Origin: Setoptus koraiensis
Taxonomy: Eukaryota > Animalia > Arthropoda
NCBI GenBank assembly: GCA_048013815.1
Contig: CM106586.1
Coordinates: forward strand, 1,922,001 to 1,986,000
Direction of reading: 5' to 3'
DNA length: 64,000 bases
In this document: positions 11,486-23,546 of the stretch, piece after piece
How positions within the stretch are numbered: position 1 is the stretch's first letter
Layout: every line of letters starts with the position of its first letter
Position numbers and translations under genes: made by a program
The notes under the pieces: generated by a model
Told to the model about the DNA's origin: nothing
Database searches by the model: none
The model's input: the letters and a program-made list of their open reading frames with translations, nothing else

Positions 11486-14400
11486 CTCAATAGAATAAAA
11501 ATTATTTATGAATCTAATTGAGTTGTTATGCCAGTAATGTTGCAACAAGGGTTGTTGTTCAAGGTTAAGTTAATACGATTCTTGCAAGTTTTTTGTTTCT
11601 TCTAATTTCTTGACTAGTAATATACGAATATGTTGCTTCTTTTTCAATAATACCAAATCATATCCATTGGCCATTCCTGTTAGTCCTAGGTAAGACAAAT
11701 TAAATAATTTAGAATGGTATTATTGAGCTTAGCATTGCCATCAATGTGAGCCTCTGGTTAAAATATGAAGCCACTAACGCTGTTTCTGATATAAACTACC
11801 TGGATGGAGGTAGCATCTTAGTGATAATAATCTAATGAAAATCTAAATGAAATAGCATATTTTTGTCATCATTGCACTTGGTTTCAGTCTAATCTTGCTT
11901 CTGAACAGTAGTATGAATTGAATGGATCCTAATAATAGCACTACGGTGGTTTTGTGAACAAATACTTTTATGTAATATCTATTATTTAATAATATATAAT
12001 AATGATATAATAATAACAAATCAAATAGTGATCCTGATACGAACTCTGCCTTACAATGTTAATATTAAATTTGGTCTGCCAATAAGAGATAAGGTGATGA
12101 TGATAGCAGAAGGTGTCCAATGTAGAAGCAATGCTATACATGCAATAATAATAATAATAACAACGGAAAGGCCATGGAGAATAATCAGCTGATGTTGTTG
12201 AATCGATATTTTCGTCGGCTAGAGATGCGCATCTGTTCCATTCTAAAGATTTCAACTCTGATACATCAAAATGTCTGAGGTGAGAGGACCCAGATATTAT
12301 CTTCCATTTAATTCCAACCAGTTATTATTATGATTAACTTGAAGAAAGTCCGTTACGACTTCAAGAGGACATTTACTCTAACTCGTCAACTCATGTTATA
12401 TTATTTAACCACGAACAAATAATTGTCACCATTATTGAAATCACCAACAATTGATTGACACAAATGGAGCACGTGAGTAATTACATTTATTCAGTTACGT
12501 AAAGTACAAATTTAAAAGAATCATCATTTGAATTGATTATCTTAGCCACTGTGTCTCTCCAAATCCCTCGTTGACAACCATGAATAAATGCGGCAAACGA
12601 ATCTTGGTGTGGGAATATTGATGATTGTGAGGAAAAGATTTCCACAGATAACCCATAGTAATAGCTATCTAGAATAACCTCACTGTAGGCAATATGAATA
12701 AGTTGGCGACGAGATTACAAGCGAAAATTAAAACCACGATCGTGATCTGTTGCATGACAATCGGCGTTTACTCTTTAGGGTAGACAGTCTGCATTTATAT
12801 TCTCGTCCATTAGCTAGTTTTGAATCACATTTTTCTGAAAAGACAGCTCAATGCTTGATTGACTTTCATGTTTGCTAGTGACCACTTAATCAATTGTGTT
12901 AATCATAGTTGTTATTAATCTTTGCTGTTGTGACCCCTTTCCAGCATCGATCTACTACATGCCAAGGAACAAAATACGTTTGCACCTGGGTCGAATACTG
13001 TGCAGGTGACAAAGTTCTTACAGCTTTTACGGTGCTTGGAAAAGCCATGCGAGCAGAAACTCCATTGTTTTTGTTTGAGCCATATAAATTGCTACAAGGC
13101 TTACCATGATTAATTTATTCAGATTGTTATTTTTTTGTTATCACTACTCGCATACTCACAAGTTGTCAGATTCATAAACAATTCAGAGCTCGCAGTGAGC
13201 AAGTATAGGGTGGCAGTTTCAAGCGGTGTAGTTCCTACAGCCAAGGCTACGCTGCCTTCCACAGTGCATTTTCTGCTCAAAGACACCGCGCGCTGCTTGA
13301 GATATTTCCTATGTGCGCCGATGTTTTATAAAAGATCCACCAGGGGCGCTGCTCAGATTTTGTTTAGCAGAGAGTGCAGTGAAGCGCAGCCCTCGTGGAC
13401 ATTTTGAAAACTAATAAAGGTGCATCAGAAAAACCTTAACCAGACTGTGCTTGTATATCGCACAGTTCGTGCATGGAGATATTTTTGAGCATGCTTAGCG
13501 CCATATCACAACACAGGCACACAATGCTACCTCGCATGTCCTGTGCTGCTCTGCTGCTCAGGTGATTTTGTACTTGCACCGCTCGCTGCTCACACCCTAC
13601 ATGTACACCCTGTATATACCAGGTAAAAAACACCAAGAGAGAGCGCACTAATGCAAGTGTTGGTTGTCAAGATAACAGTGTTAGCAACCGTGTGGTGTTT
13701 GCTCAAAAAAGAAAACAAGAATGATGACACTGGTGGCCTTGTTATTGGGATCGCCTGCAATGTCGGGCCAGAGAGACCGATTGTTTCTCGTTGCTGTAAT
13801 CATAACTCAACGCACTTCACAAGTAATGTCTATTTATGAACATTAACAACATTCGTAATAGTATCCCAATCAACAATGAAATGAATCGAGCAACCCACGA
13901 ATTTTAACAATCAGTCACACATCTACTGATTATATATAGTTGACGTTGGCAACTGTTATGGTAAGAAATACAAAACGTATACGTACAAATATTCTCCAAC
14001 TTGAATATTCATTCGAAAAATCTTTCTGGCATGTTGGCAACCTCATAGTTGAAATTCTGCAACGACATAAAGACACATGTCTTACTGTTCTCATTTGTGG
14101 TTACATTTACATCATCACTAGAGAGAGGGAGAGAGAGAGAGAGAGAGGGATAGAGGAATTTATTATTAGTGCTAACATCTGTACTCAGTTACTAGTGGAA
14201 AGAGTTGACTGGAATTGAATTTGTATTCTTATTATTGCTTGTTACGATTACACGACTTGAGCAAAAATTCTTCAGACCGTTTTACATCCCATCAGCAGTG
14301 TTCACCTGTATGACGATGGTGTGTTGTTGTATATACGACGTTACATAACGAACAACAACAGACAAGCATACAAGCGTAAAAGGTTATGCACAAACACACA

Positions 14401-14624
14401 GACGCACACATGATAAGCTAGTTTTGCTTACAATCGAGCAACCACTTTCTGCCACCAACTCACCATATAATCGTATACATACAAATCATATGCAACACTT
14501 CCTTATTCGCCGCTTGAGGCATATCTATCCATTGTAAATTTATTTATCTTACTGGATTCATTTTGTCTAACGTTTATTCGTTCATTATTCACCAATCGTT
14601 CATCAAAAGGAATCTCAATCAACT

Positions 14625-17171
14625 ATGGACACTGATATAAATGATCAACCCGATCTAAATCAACAGCAACAGAATGGTAATGAGGTCTCCATTACAACAA
14701 CAACCAACAACAAAAACTATCCTCATCAATCACCAACATCTAATGAATTTAACAGGAAGCCAGAACAAGATATTAATAACCATGATACTGGAGAGTGCAA
14801 TGTTGCAACAACCAATAACAACGATGAGAATGTGCCTGATTATGGTGGTGATGATTCTACAAAACAATCAGATCAATCCTCATTTTCCACTGCCTTTGCA
14901 ATATCGTTCGATGATAATAGCACAACCAAGAAGAAACTTAACATAAGGGATTCTATAAGAAAATTTGCTCCGCCAAAGCCACAAACAATTGAAAATCCAA
15001 ATAGAATTGCATCAGCAACACTCAAACAAAATGCAGATAATCCATTGATGAGCATTGAATCAGCCCCGCCAGAGCTCAATATAAACAAGCATCACACTCC
15101 AACTCGTGATAGGAAACAAACATCAAGCGTCTCATCCAACAATTCACATGGCCGCCGAGCGAACGGGGCATCTCCGAACCATTCCTCTCAATCAATTTTG
15201 AGCGATTCTGCTGCCTTTCTAATACATAAAATGCTAGCCGGTCCTGTCGATCATGAAGCACAGAGAGCCAGTCGTAAATCGGCCTCTCAGAAGAGCAAAT
15301 CGCCTAGTTCACACAAAAGTCGTAGCGACAAGAATGGCCAGCCAGAATTAGTGCTAGATGAGATCGATTTCCATGATGATCGCAGTGATAATGGTACCTA
15401 TGTCGTTGGAACTGATCCAGATGCTGAGGCTGCTAGGAAAAGAATTGATGAGATATTTGGAGTTTCAAAAATGGCTCCGCCCTCCCGTCAATCAAAGCAG
15501 CATAATTCAAGATCTAATAAAAGATCTGGTGACAAACCGCATACTGGACGCAAATCTGGATTGAGTAAAGAAAGGCAGCAACATATAGATCGTCTGGCAT
15601 ATAAGGATGCAAATTACAGAAGTTCATCGGTTTCGCGAAGCTCATCTTCATCTCAAAATCACGAAACTAGCACCAATGGTAGCACAAATAAGCACAACAA
15701 AAGACATCTTAGAAATCTTTCATGTGAACGCGTGTCCACAAATAACAATCTCACAAATACATCTACTAAATCATATCGGAGATCTGTATCTCAATCAAGT
15801 AGAAAATCAGGTGGCAATAGCAGTGGTCGTGAAAACAACGGCGTATCTGATGAGGACACTAGAAGCTCCAGATCGTCAATGAGTAATGTTACTAGAGAAT
15901 GTTCTGAAGGTTATGACGTGCCGCAGTTATCAAGTCATCCAAACATGAAATTCAATCGCGCCTTCGCCCTCCGACGCGCCCGTTTAGGCATAGAGACGCC
16001 GGGTGTGAAGGTTAGCTCGAATAATGGAAACAATGCTAGTCAGGCAGTTCAACCAAACCAATCTTACATTGAGCAATTAGCAAAGTTACAACAGAACAAA
16101 AATGTCTTGAGTCCAACTTGTTCTTTCAGTAGGGAAGATGGAGGTCGATTCAGTTTGCGAGTTCAACGTGCCCCACTGCCCACTCATCTTCTTGGTACTA
16201 AAAATCGTCATCAGACCAGCACACCTGATTCTACAACCAAGCAAGATAGAGCGATTAAAGACAGTAAGCAAGATAATAAGCAACAGAGATCCAATTTGCA
16301 ATGTTATAATCAGAACGTCAATATATGTCCCAACCAGGAACCATGTCGCAATTCGATGCTCAGTCCAAAATCCTCCACCGGAAGGGCTGGCTCCAACAGT
16401 GCAAACCTAATTCAACGGAGTTCTTCTTTTGACAAAAACAATCTTGTCAATCTGGATCAACAATTAAGTCCACAACAAAGGCAACGCCACCAACAGCAAC
16501 ATTCAAGTTCTAATCACACTGTTGGTCAAAATGCAACTGATAGCCGTAGTGATTGTGACACAACTTCTACTTGTGGGTACATTCGACAAGTTTATGATTC
16601 AAACAATCAGACGGCTTGGAGTTTAACGGCCGACGAAAATCACAAAACAAACCATTCCTTGCAAATGAACAGCAGTGAGCCTGCTTACTACGATAATGAA
16701 GGTTTTAGTTCATCGAATGAAACACCGGCAACATCAAGTACCGAATTGAACAATCCATCTCTAAGGAAACCTACCAACATACAATTGGGTGCCTTGGATT
16801 CGCTGGTCATCTCTGCAATAAGTAGCCTGTCGCAAAAGATTCGTCACTCAGTTTGTGATATATTGATTGATCAAGCAAAAAAACTACCCGTCGGAAATGA
16901 GACTAGATTAGTAGTAGAAGAGATACTTCCGCAGATTATGATTCGAGACAATGGTAATAAAGGTCCAGCAACCGCAGAAGAGATCGATCGTTCACTTTAC
17001 TTTGATCTAGCTAAGACCTTGAGGAATTTGAAGAAAGTGGAACAGATTGTCGATGTTATATCTATGATATCAAAACAAACATCAAGCCTTAGTTCAAGCA
17101 AATCATCCATGCAAAATTCACCAGTTCGAACAAACAGTGCGACAAATTCTAACAACGATACAATCAGTTAA
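14625..17171 (+). CDS. CEP170/CEP170B-like centrosomal protein, 848 aa, intronless, no FHA domain seen
   Basis: Ser/Asn/Gln-rich ORF. The C-terminal segments LDSLVISAISSLSQKIRHSV and LAKTLRNLKKVEQIVDVI resemble the CEP170 C-terminal domain (DNLLLSSVFQFSKKIRQSI; ISSILQELKRVEKQLQAI). Also SDNGTYVV, NRAFALRRARLG and FSREDGGRFSLR, recalled from invertebrate CEP170-like proteins. Confidence 0.65.
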   Translation: MDTDINDQPDLNQQQQNGNEVSITTTTNNKNYPHQSPTSNEFNRKPEQDINNHDTGECNVATTNNNDENVPDYGGDDSTKQSDQSSFSTAFAISFDDNSTTKKKLNIRDSIRKFAPPKPQTIENPNRIASATLKQNADNPLMSIESAPPELNINKHHTPTRDRKQTSSVSSNNSHGRRANGASPNHSSQSILSDSAAFLIHKMLAGPVDHEAQRASRKSASQKSKSPSSHKSRSDKNGQPELVLDEIDFHDDRSDNGTYVVGTDPDAEAARKRIDEIFGVSKMAPPSRQSKQHNSRSNKRSGDKPHTGRKSGLSKERQQHIDRLAYKDANYRSSSVSRSSSSSQNHETSTNGSTNKHNKRHLRNLSCERVSTNNNLTNTSTKSYRRSVSQSSRKSGGNSSGRENNGVSDEDTRSSRSSMSNVTRECSEGYDVPQLSSHPNMKFNRAFALRRARLGIETPGVKVSSNNGNNASQAVQPNQSYIEQLAKLQQNKNVLSPTCSFSREDGGRFSLRVQRAPLPTHLLGTKNRHQTSTPDSTTKQDRAIKDSKQDNKQQRSNLQCYNQNVNICPNQEPCRNSMLSPKSSTGRAGSNSANLIQRSSSFDKNNLVNLDQQLSPQQRQRHQQQHSSSNHTVGQNATDSRSDCDTTSTCGYIRQVYDSNNQTAWSLTADENHKTNHSLQMNSSEPAYYDNEGFSSSNETPATSSTELNNPSLRKPTNIQLGALDSLVISAISSLSQKIRHSVCDILIDQAKKLPVGNETRLVVEEILPQIMIRDNGNKGPATAEEIDRSLYFDLAKTLRNLKKVEQIVDVISMISKQTSSLSSSKSSMQNSPVRTNSATNSNNDTIS

Positions 17172-17885
17172 AATCTCCATTGTTCTATTCGAAAGGATTC
17201 AGCGTCCAAGAAAAATAATATCTGTGATAAGATTGATTTTTATACATTGTCAATAACTTTAGTTATCTAAAAATTTATAAAATATACGCATGTATAACAA
17301 GATTCGCAATCTATAGTATATTGGACAAGATAGTATATTTGACCAGATCATTCGATAATATTATTCAACAAATTTTAATGCAAACAACATTCGCAAAGCA
17401 AACCGTTTTAAATAAAAGCATTGTCATTGTCAAATAAATCTAGTCTCCAGTTAGACATCTTAGACGAGATATATGTTTTACTATCTAGTATCTAGGAGGG
17501 AAAAATTGTTACCCGGCGTATTGTCAGTCGCGCTAAAAAACAGCCTTGATCGTAGATTAACTTTTTGCGGATTAGACTTGAGATGTCCGAATATTTTTTC
17601 CGGGTCGATCCTGACACTGTGGTACTCGAGCAGACCAAACTCGGCATTAGAGAAAATGCGGGCCAGAAGGCACGCCCAGCAGCGCTGACCGGACCGAGCC
17701 GCCCACGCTCAAACAGATGACAATACATAAACATCTGTGATCAATGTTGGATAGATTCATGCGAAATAATTGGGATATCTAGTAGAGGATACATATATAT
17801 TAAGGATAAAAATAACCATACAACACGGCCAGTTTTGAAACAGAAATTCCACATGAATGAATTTTTGATTGTTTAGTGAACAACA

Positions 17886-18843
17886 ATGTCCTCCTATAAC
17901 TTTAAAGTTGTTCTTTTGGGCGAAGGATGTGTAGGTAAAACATCCCTAGTTTTGCGATATGTATCAAATGTGTTCAAGTAAGTAAAACTAACCATTACAA
18001 CAACAGCAGGCAGAGAAAAAATCGTCATCCTTTACAGTGAAGTAATATCTTGGTATGTTCACGTGTTTATTATTCAGCGATGCTCATCAATCCACATTAC
18101 AAGCTAGTTTTTTAAAGAAACAAATCTATCTGGAACAAGATCAGGTGAAACTATCACTATGGGACACAGTAAGTAATTGGTTTAAAATAACAGACTACAC
18201 TAACTCTTTCATTGCCAACTATTTCTATAGAAAAAATTCGATCAATTCCATTTTATTATTATCAGGCCGGTCAAGAAAGATTTCACGCCCTGGGGCCTAT
18301 ATATTATCGCGATTCACAAGGAGCCGTTCTAGTTTACGATGTCACTAATCCAGATTCCTTGCGCAAAGTCAAAGTATGGATAAAAGAGCTGTCACAAATG
18401 TTAGGTAATGAGGTTTGCTTGGCAATTGTCGGAAACAAGATCGACCTACTAACTGCGAATGAACAAAAACAACCACATACCAATTCTCTAATATCAGAAG
18501 CCATGAATTACTGCAACCAATTAGAAAATGCCAAACATTATAATACTTCAGCCAAATTAGATATTGGTATCAATGATCTATTCATTAGTTTATCGAGACG
18601 TAAGTTAAATAGCAGATTGAATGAAACAACAGACCAGATGATAGATACTAACACAACAATAATAGATTCTAATTCAACTGTATTCTTCTCTGCTATGACT
18701 GTATACCTGGATCGACAGGAATGATTGAACAAGCCAAGCGAAGTCCATCTAATGGTTCTATACAATCCATTATTGGAACAAACAAGACATTGGTTATTAC
18801 TGAGGATGAGCCCACGAGTGATAAAGACAAGTGCAATTGTTGA
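17886..18843 (+). CDS. RAB21: Rab21 small GTPase; exons 17886-17977, 18078-18168, 18266-18599, 18719-18843
   Basis: FKVVLLGEGCVGKTSLVLRY, STLQASFL.K, WDTAGQERFHALGPIYYRDS.GA.LVYD, GNKID, TSAK, and C-terminal CNC prenylation motif. All three introns are GTAAGT...CAG and preserve the frame. Confidence 0.93.
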
Positions 18844-19150
18844 TTGTTTACTTCATGAGATGGAGGATACAGTATTTATCTGGAGAGTAGCATGTCTGTT
18901 TGTTATAATATAATCAATCTTCAGACCATCCGATTCCATTAAAGAACTAAAACCAATCGAGACAAGTCTTTGTGGTCAACAAGATTTACATAACTATAGA
19001 CATCGATTCTATTACTATAGACATTTATAAGTATAGAATCTTTGTACTTCGTTGTTGCCTTATCAAAGGTGTAAAATCAAGAATTTCTTGATAATCATTG
19101 ATCTACATGTACTGATGAATGCAAATAAAACCATTTAGTCTTTCATTACT

Positions 19151-22100
19151 TCAAACCTCACTACTAGATGGTGAACGATCGTCTAAGTAGTGCATTTCCA
19201 CATTAGAAATCAATGATCTGTCTGAAGTCAAGTTCAATAGAGACGGCCCAATGTTCGACGAATGCGCTTTTTCTGTCTTGCTAGTTTCTGATTGCGCCAT
19301 AATATTACGGCCCACCGGAATGTCACGACTTTCAATTTTTGTCAATTCATCTCTTATTTGATCGACCATGGATTGGGTTCTACCACTCAGTTCTATATGT
19401 ATTATGGTGGGTCTTCTGTTGTCGTCTTCGACAATTTCTGTAGCCTTCGTCAAATCATCAATGTTGGTAGTAAGTCCCTGAATCACCTGTATAGAGCCTG
19501 AGCTAGTTGAAGGTCGATTGATTTCGCTCTGGATATAGTTATCTTCCTCTTTCGATCCGCTGATTCCGTAGCTATTAGTTTTACAAATCTCATGGATATT
19601 ACTAATCTTGTCCGATTTTGTTAAACGGCTGCTGCGAGGATGGTCCTTCTCCATGACGTTGGTGTCAACATCATCAAATGATCGAGTATTCGCACTCCTA
19701 TACCCTCCATCCAACAAATTGTCGTTTTTATAATCAAAACTATTATTCGACTTGAATGAATCATTGCCTCTTGTTACTGAGGAGCCACTTTTCAATCTAC
19801 TGACAGTTAGATTCCTCCTCTGTGGTATAATAGGCGCTTGGTTGATGTCCATTTTCTCAGATGATATCATATTCACATATTCATGGTGATTTTTGATCCG
19901 GGTGCTCGACCTGCTTGTTCGATGTGGAATAGATTCATCTATCAGATTACTTTTGTTATCTGTTTCACTAGTCGCTTGTTTAACAATTGGTACAAGTTTT
20001 TGCTTTATCATCACTAGCTCGCTAGTCTTCTGAGAGACATCCTTTGAATCAGTTTGATCATCTTCGTTGTCATCATTCTTTGTTTTGAATCCATCTTCTC
20101 TGGAAAAAGTGTTCTGGAAAACTGCTTGTTCTCTGACTAGATCTCGATATTGTATGTCATTAGCATCCTCTGCTGTCTGCTGTTGTTGTTGCATCTGCAA
20201 TAAATCTTGTGCCCATAAAATCTGTTTGGATCTTGTGTTGAATTTGCCACTAGAATCAATTTGATCTTGATAGTTAGCTGATTGTGGCTGTTTATCGTTC
20301 AACATTTCACTCGATTCTTTCGTTTGTCGTTGACTTGATTTTTTGAGAGAAGACTTCTGAACTTTTTTCACATCTGTGTTGTCGATTCTTTTACCTTCAA
20401 ATGAGTACCACTCAAATTGTGATGGAAGTTGACCAGCATCATTTTGCTTAAATGAAGAAACGTTTGTCCCCATAACTTTTGAATTTGCACCATCACTTTG
20501 TGCGAAATTATTGTCACGTTGAGATATTTTTGTCCAAATAGATTTGGCTGAGATCTGATCTGGCTTCCTGAGATCTATAATTGCGTCCTCTTTGTCGGAT
20601 GTCTCTTGACTAAAGCTAAGATAAGTTGATGATTGTTCTAGATTGCCAGGTTTAGCACGACGGTCTTGCAATCGATCACTATGAAATTGTGCTCGTTCGG
20701 TCTCGATGTCACGTTCCTTATTTGTCGCAGACCTGCAACACAATACAATCAATGATAGTATGAGCATGAGGAGTAAAATTAAGAAGATCGCACTGATTAT
20801 ATAAACCTCCCAAGAATTCCACAAAGATTGTGCCTTAGGCAAGTATGTTTGCAAGAATGACATTGAGTCATCGTCCTCATTATTCTTTGGCGATCCCTCC
20901 TTGTAAGCTATATTGGTATGGGTAAGTTGATCAAAGATCAATCTTTTTAGAATCTGTTCTCGAATAAACTACCAAGAAGAAGATAGAATTGGTTAATCAC
21001 TTACGTTCCAATAGTTTTACAACATTAAGATCAGAAAATATTTTATTCATCTCCATTTTAGATAGATTGTTTTCAATCGCTCGAATGGCTTCATCGTATG
21101 ATATGAATCTCTTGGTACCATTGCTGGCAGTATCTATCAGCCAATAAATGAAGTGAACTTGCTCTTGGAATTCATAATGGAAAACATTGAATAGCTATAG
21201 GAATGCAAATGATTAAATTATTAGATTGGACGTAAGCGTTCTCACAGAGTATATCACTAATATGAGTTTTCAATAGATTGTAAAGGGTTAGGGAAATACT
21301 GACTTTCGTTGTAATGTTCTGAAGAGAACCATTAGAAAACATCCTGCCTTGGTCATAATAAATAGCTTTTTCTTTGTTATCTTTTGATAGACTATCCAGA
21401 TTGGATGATTCATCATAATCTAGATTAGTCAATTGATGTTCTTTCAGACTCATATTGTCACCAAGCCGTTTAAAAAGTAGACCTATACGTCTCAGTCCTA
21501 TCTTTTTCAGCTCGGCAAGTTCAGATGAATTATACTTATTGGTTTTGTTCTCCCTCTTTGTGTCCAAGTCATTTGGCGATCTATAGCTACTTGATAGAAC
21601 TTAGTGAAGAAGATATTCCAATCATTAGTTACTAGTGATAGTGAAATTATTTCGAAGATTTGACATCCTGAGGATTACATACTTGTTCTCAATAGATAAC
21701 TCTTATCGAATTGTGTTAACTAGTTGAACAATGAATAGATCAAGGAGAGAATCAGAGATATTTGATTTAGTCCTATAATACCCTTATAGCCACCAATTTA
21801 CATGAAATAAATTTTTCCATACTACTTTCGCTTAACAATTCTAGAGCAATATCCCCAAGAGCTTACCTTGGATTCGTCTTGCTGAGTGTGATCAATCTCG
21901 CTGTTTAGAATGGTTGTGTTTTGCGCGGGCGGAATTGGATCTGTGGAAAGATTCTTATCAACAGTTGATTGATTGCCGGTCGAAGAACCTTCAATTTTAT
22001 TTATCAGGACATCCTTGGTGGGGCTTACTGTTGAAGTTTCTAAATACGGCGCTTTTGGGTCATAATTACTCTCTCGATCGACACTAGACAGATCTCTTAT

Positions 22101-22400
22101 GCCTATTTTAAATAGTTGTTCTTTCAATAAAACAATATCGCTCTTTTTTGGTCTTATACTATAACCAAGATAAGCCTTGTTATTACTATTGTTTTTGTCA
22201 TGTTCGTCCCAGAAACGTTGTAACAGACAATAATCTTCACCATTCAATGCAAAGTCGTATAGTATTCTTGCTTTTTGTTGTGCTGACACATTGGCTAGAT
22301 TACTATTGACAGAAATGTCTTTGTTTTCGATCAACGATTCCATAGATAAACTTGTGCTAGAAATACCCATACAATGGACCGGTAAATAGGCATTGCCCAT
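19151..22400 (-). CDS. Multi-exon single-pass membrane protein with long disordered cytoplasmic tail; tentatively KIAA1549/UPF0606-like
   Basis: The 596-aa terminal ORF carries one TM helix (VYIISAIFLILLLMLILSLIVLCC) followed by a charged, low-complexity tail. Upstream ORFs 22400-21867, about 21600-21304 and 21194-about 21020 have plausible splice sites in the same orientation. The family call rests on weak recalled similarity only. Confidence 0.55.
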
Positions 22401-23546
22401 ATGAATTCCTAGACATAAAACAAATAGTAAATATGCTACTCGGAGCAGCTAACCAACAATATAATGAAGCGAAGAGAGTAGAATAGGATTAATTAGTAGA
22501 GACTTTACTTATCCGATTAGAGTCTATAAACATTTGAAAATTTGTGAGTGATACAATTATTTGCTTTTCAGTCGACAGCGGGCCCTTTATCCGATAGCCA
22601 GTTAAAAATATTTACCATTTTTGCTCTGTCATTCAGTTTTTCCCTCTTCTTTGTTTATCTTGTGTCAAAAACTCCCGTTTTCTCTGATAGTGGGACTTTT
22701 GTTCAAACGCTGTGATATAGCTTGACGGTTTGCGATAATATCCATTATCATAAATTGGCGCGGGTAAGCTAAACTGTTTCCTTCATTGAATATTCCAAAA
22801 TGATTCAAATCAGTGAGTTATCGTTCTTTTACAAAAATGCCAACTACTGTAATATTTGATCAGTGTCACATCGAGTGCACAAATGCTCGACTAAAAATTG
22901 ATTTTGTTCAAGCAAAAAGTTAGCTGTGTTCTTTAAAGAATCAAAGTTAGTCAGGAAACACCCAACTGCAAATAGTAGCCAGTTATTAGCATAACTGGAT
23001 ATAATAAATATATGATATCGTTGTTGTTACAGGTAACAATGGATGAGCATGGGGTTACAATAGCGTTGTTATGTTGAACTGTTACTGTTGGGTGTTACCT
23101 AACTAACTTATACTATATAAATGAAACTAACTTTTTGCTCTAGCAACAACAACGACAAATATAGCACACGAGTATGCGCCATTAGATTTTTTTCTGTTCA
23201 CCTAACAACGACAACTGCAACAACGATGATAACAACGACCAAACAAAAGAAAATTTATGCATATCAATGGTCATTGTGGTTGCATAATCGCCACTAAAGC
23301 CACAATTTTATTTGCTTCAAGCAAGGGTGAAAACAGATCACCAACATCCCACGACAACTGGCATCGATTAACTTTTTTTGCAGCCGAAAAAAGAAATTCA
23401 TTGTTTGAATTGAGCGCCATTATATAAGAATATATTTTCCATTGGTGAGTTTTATACAATTGTAGCCGACCTTTACTCTTCTGACAAGATATCATTATTG
23501 CTGTTGTTTTAATTTTCATTGTAATATACTGTTAGAACATTACGCT

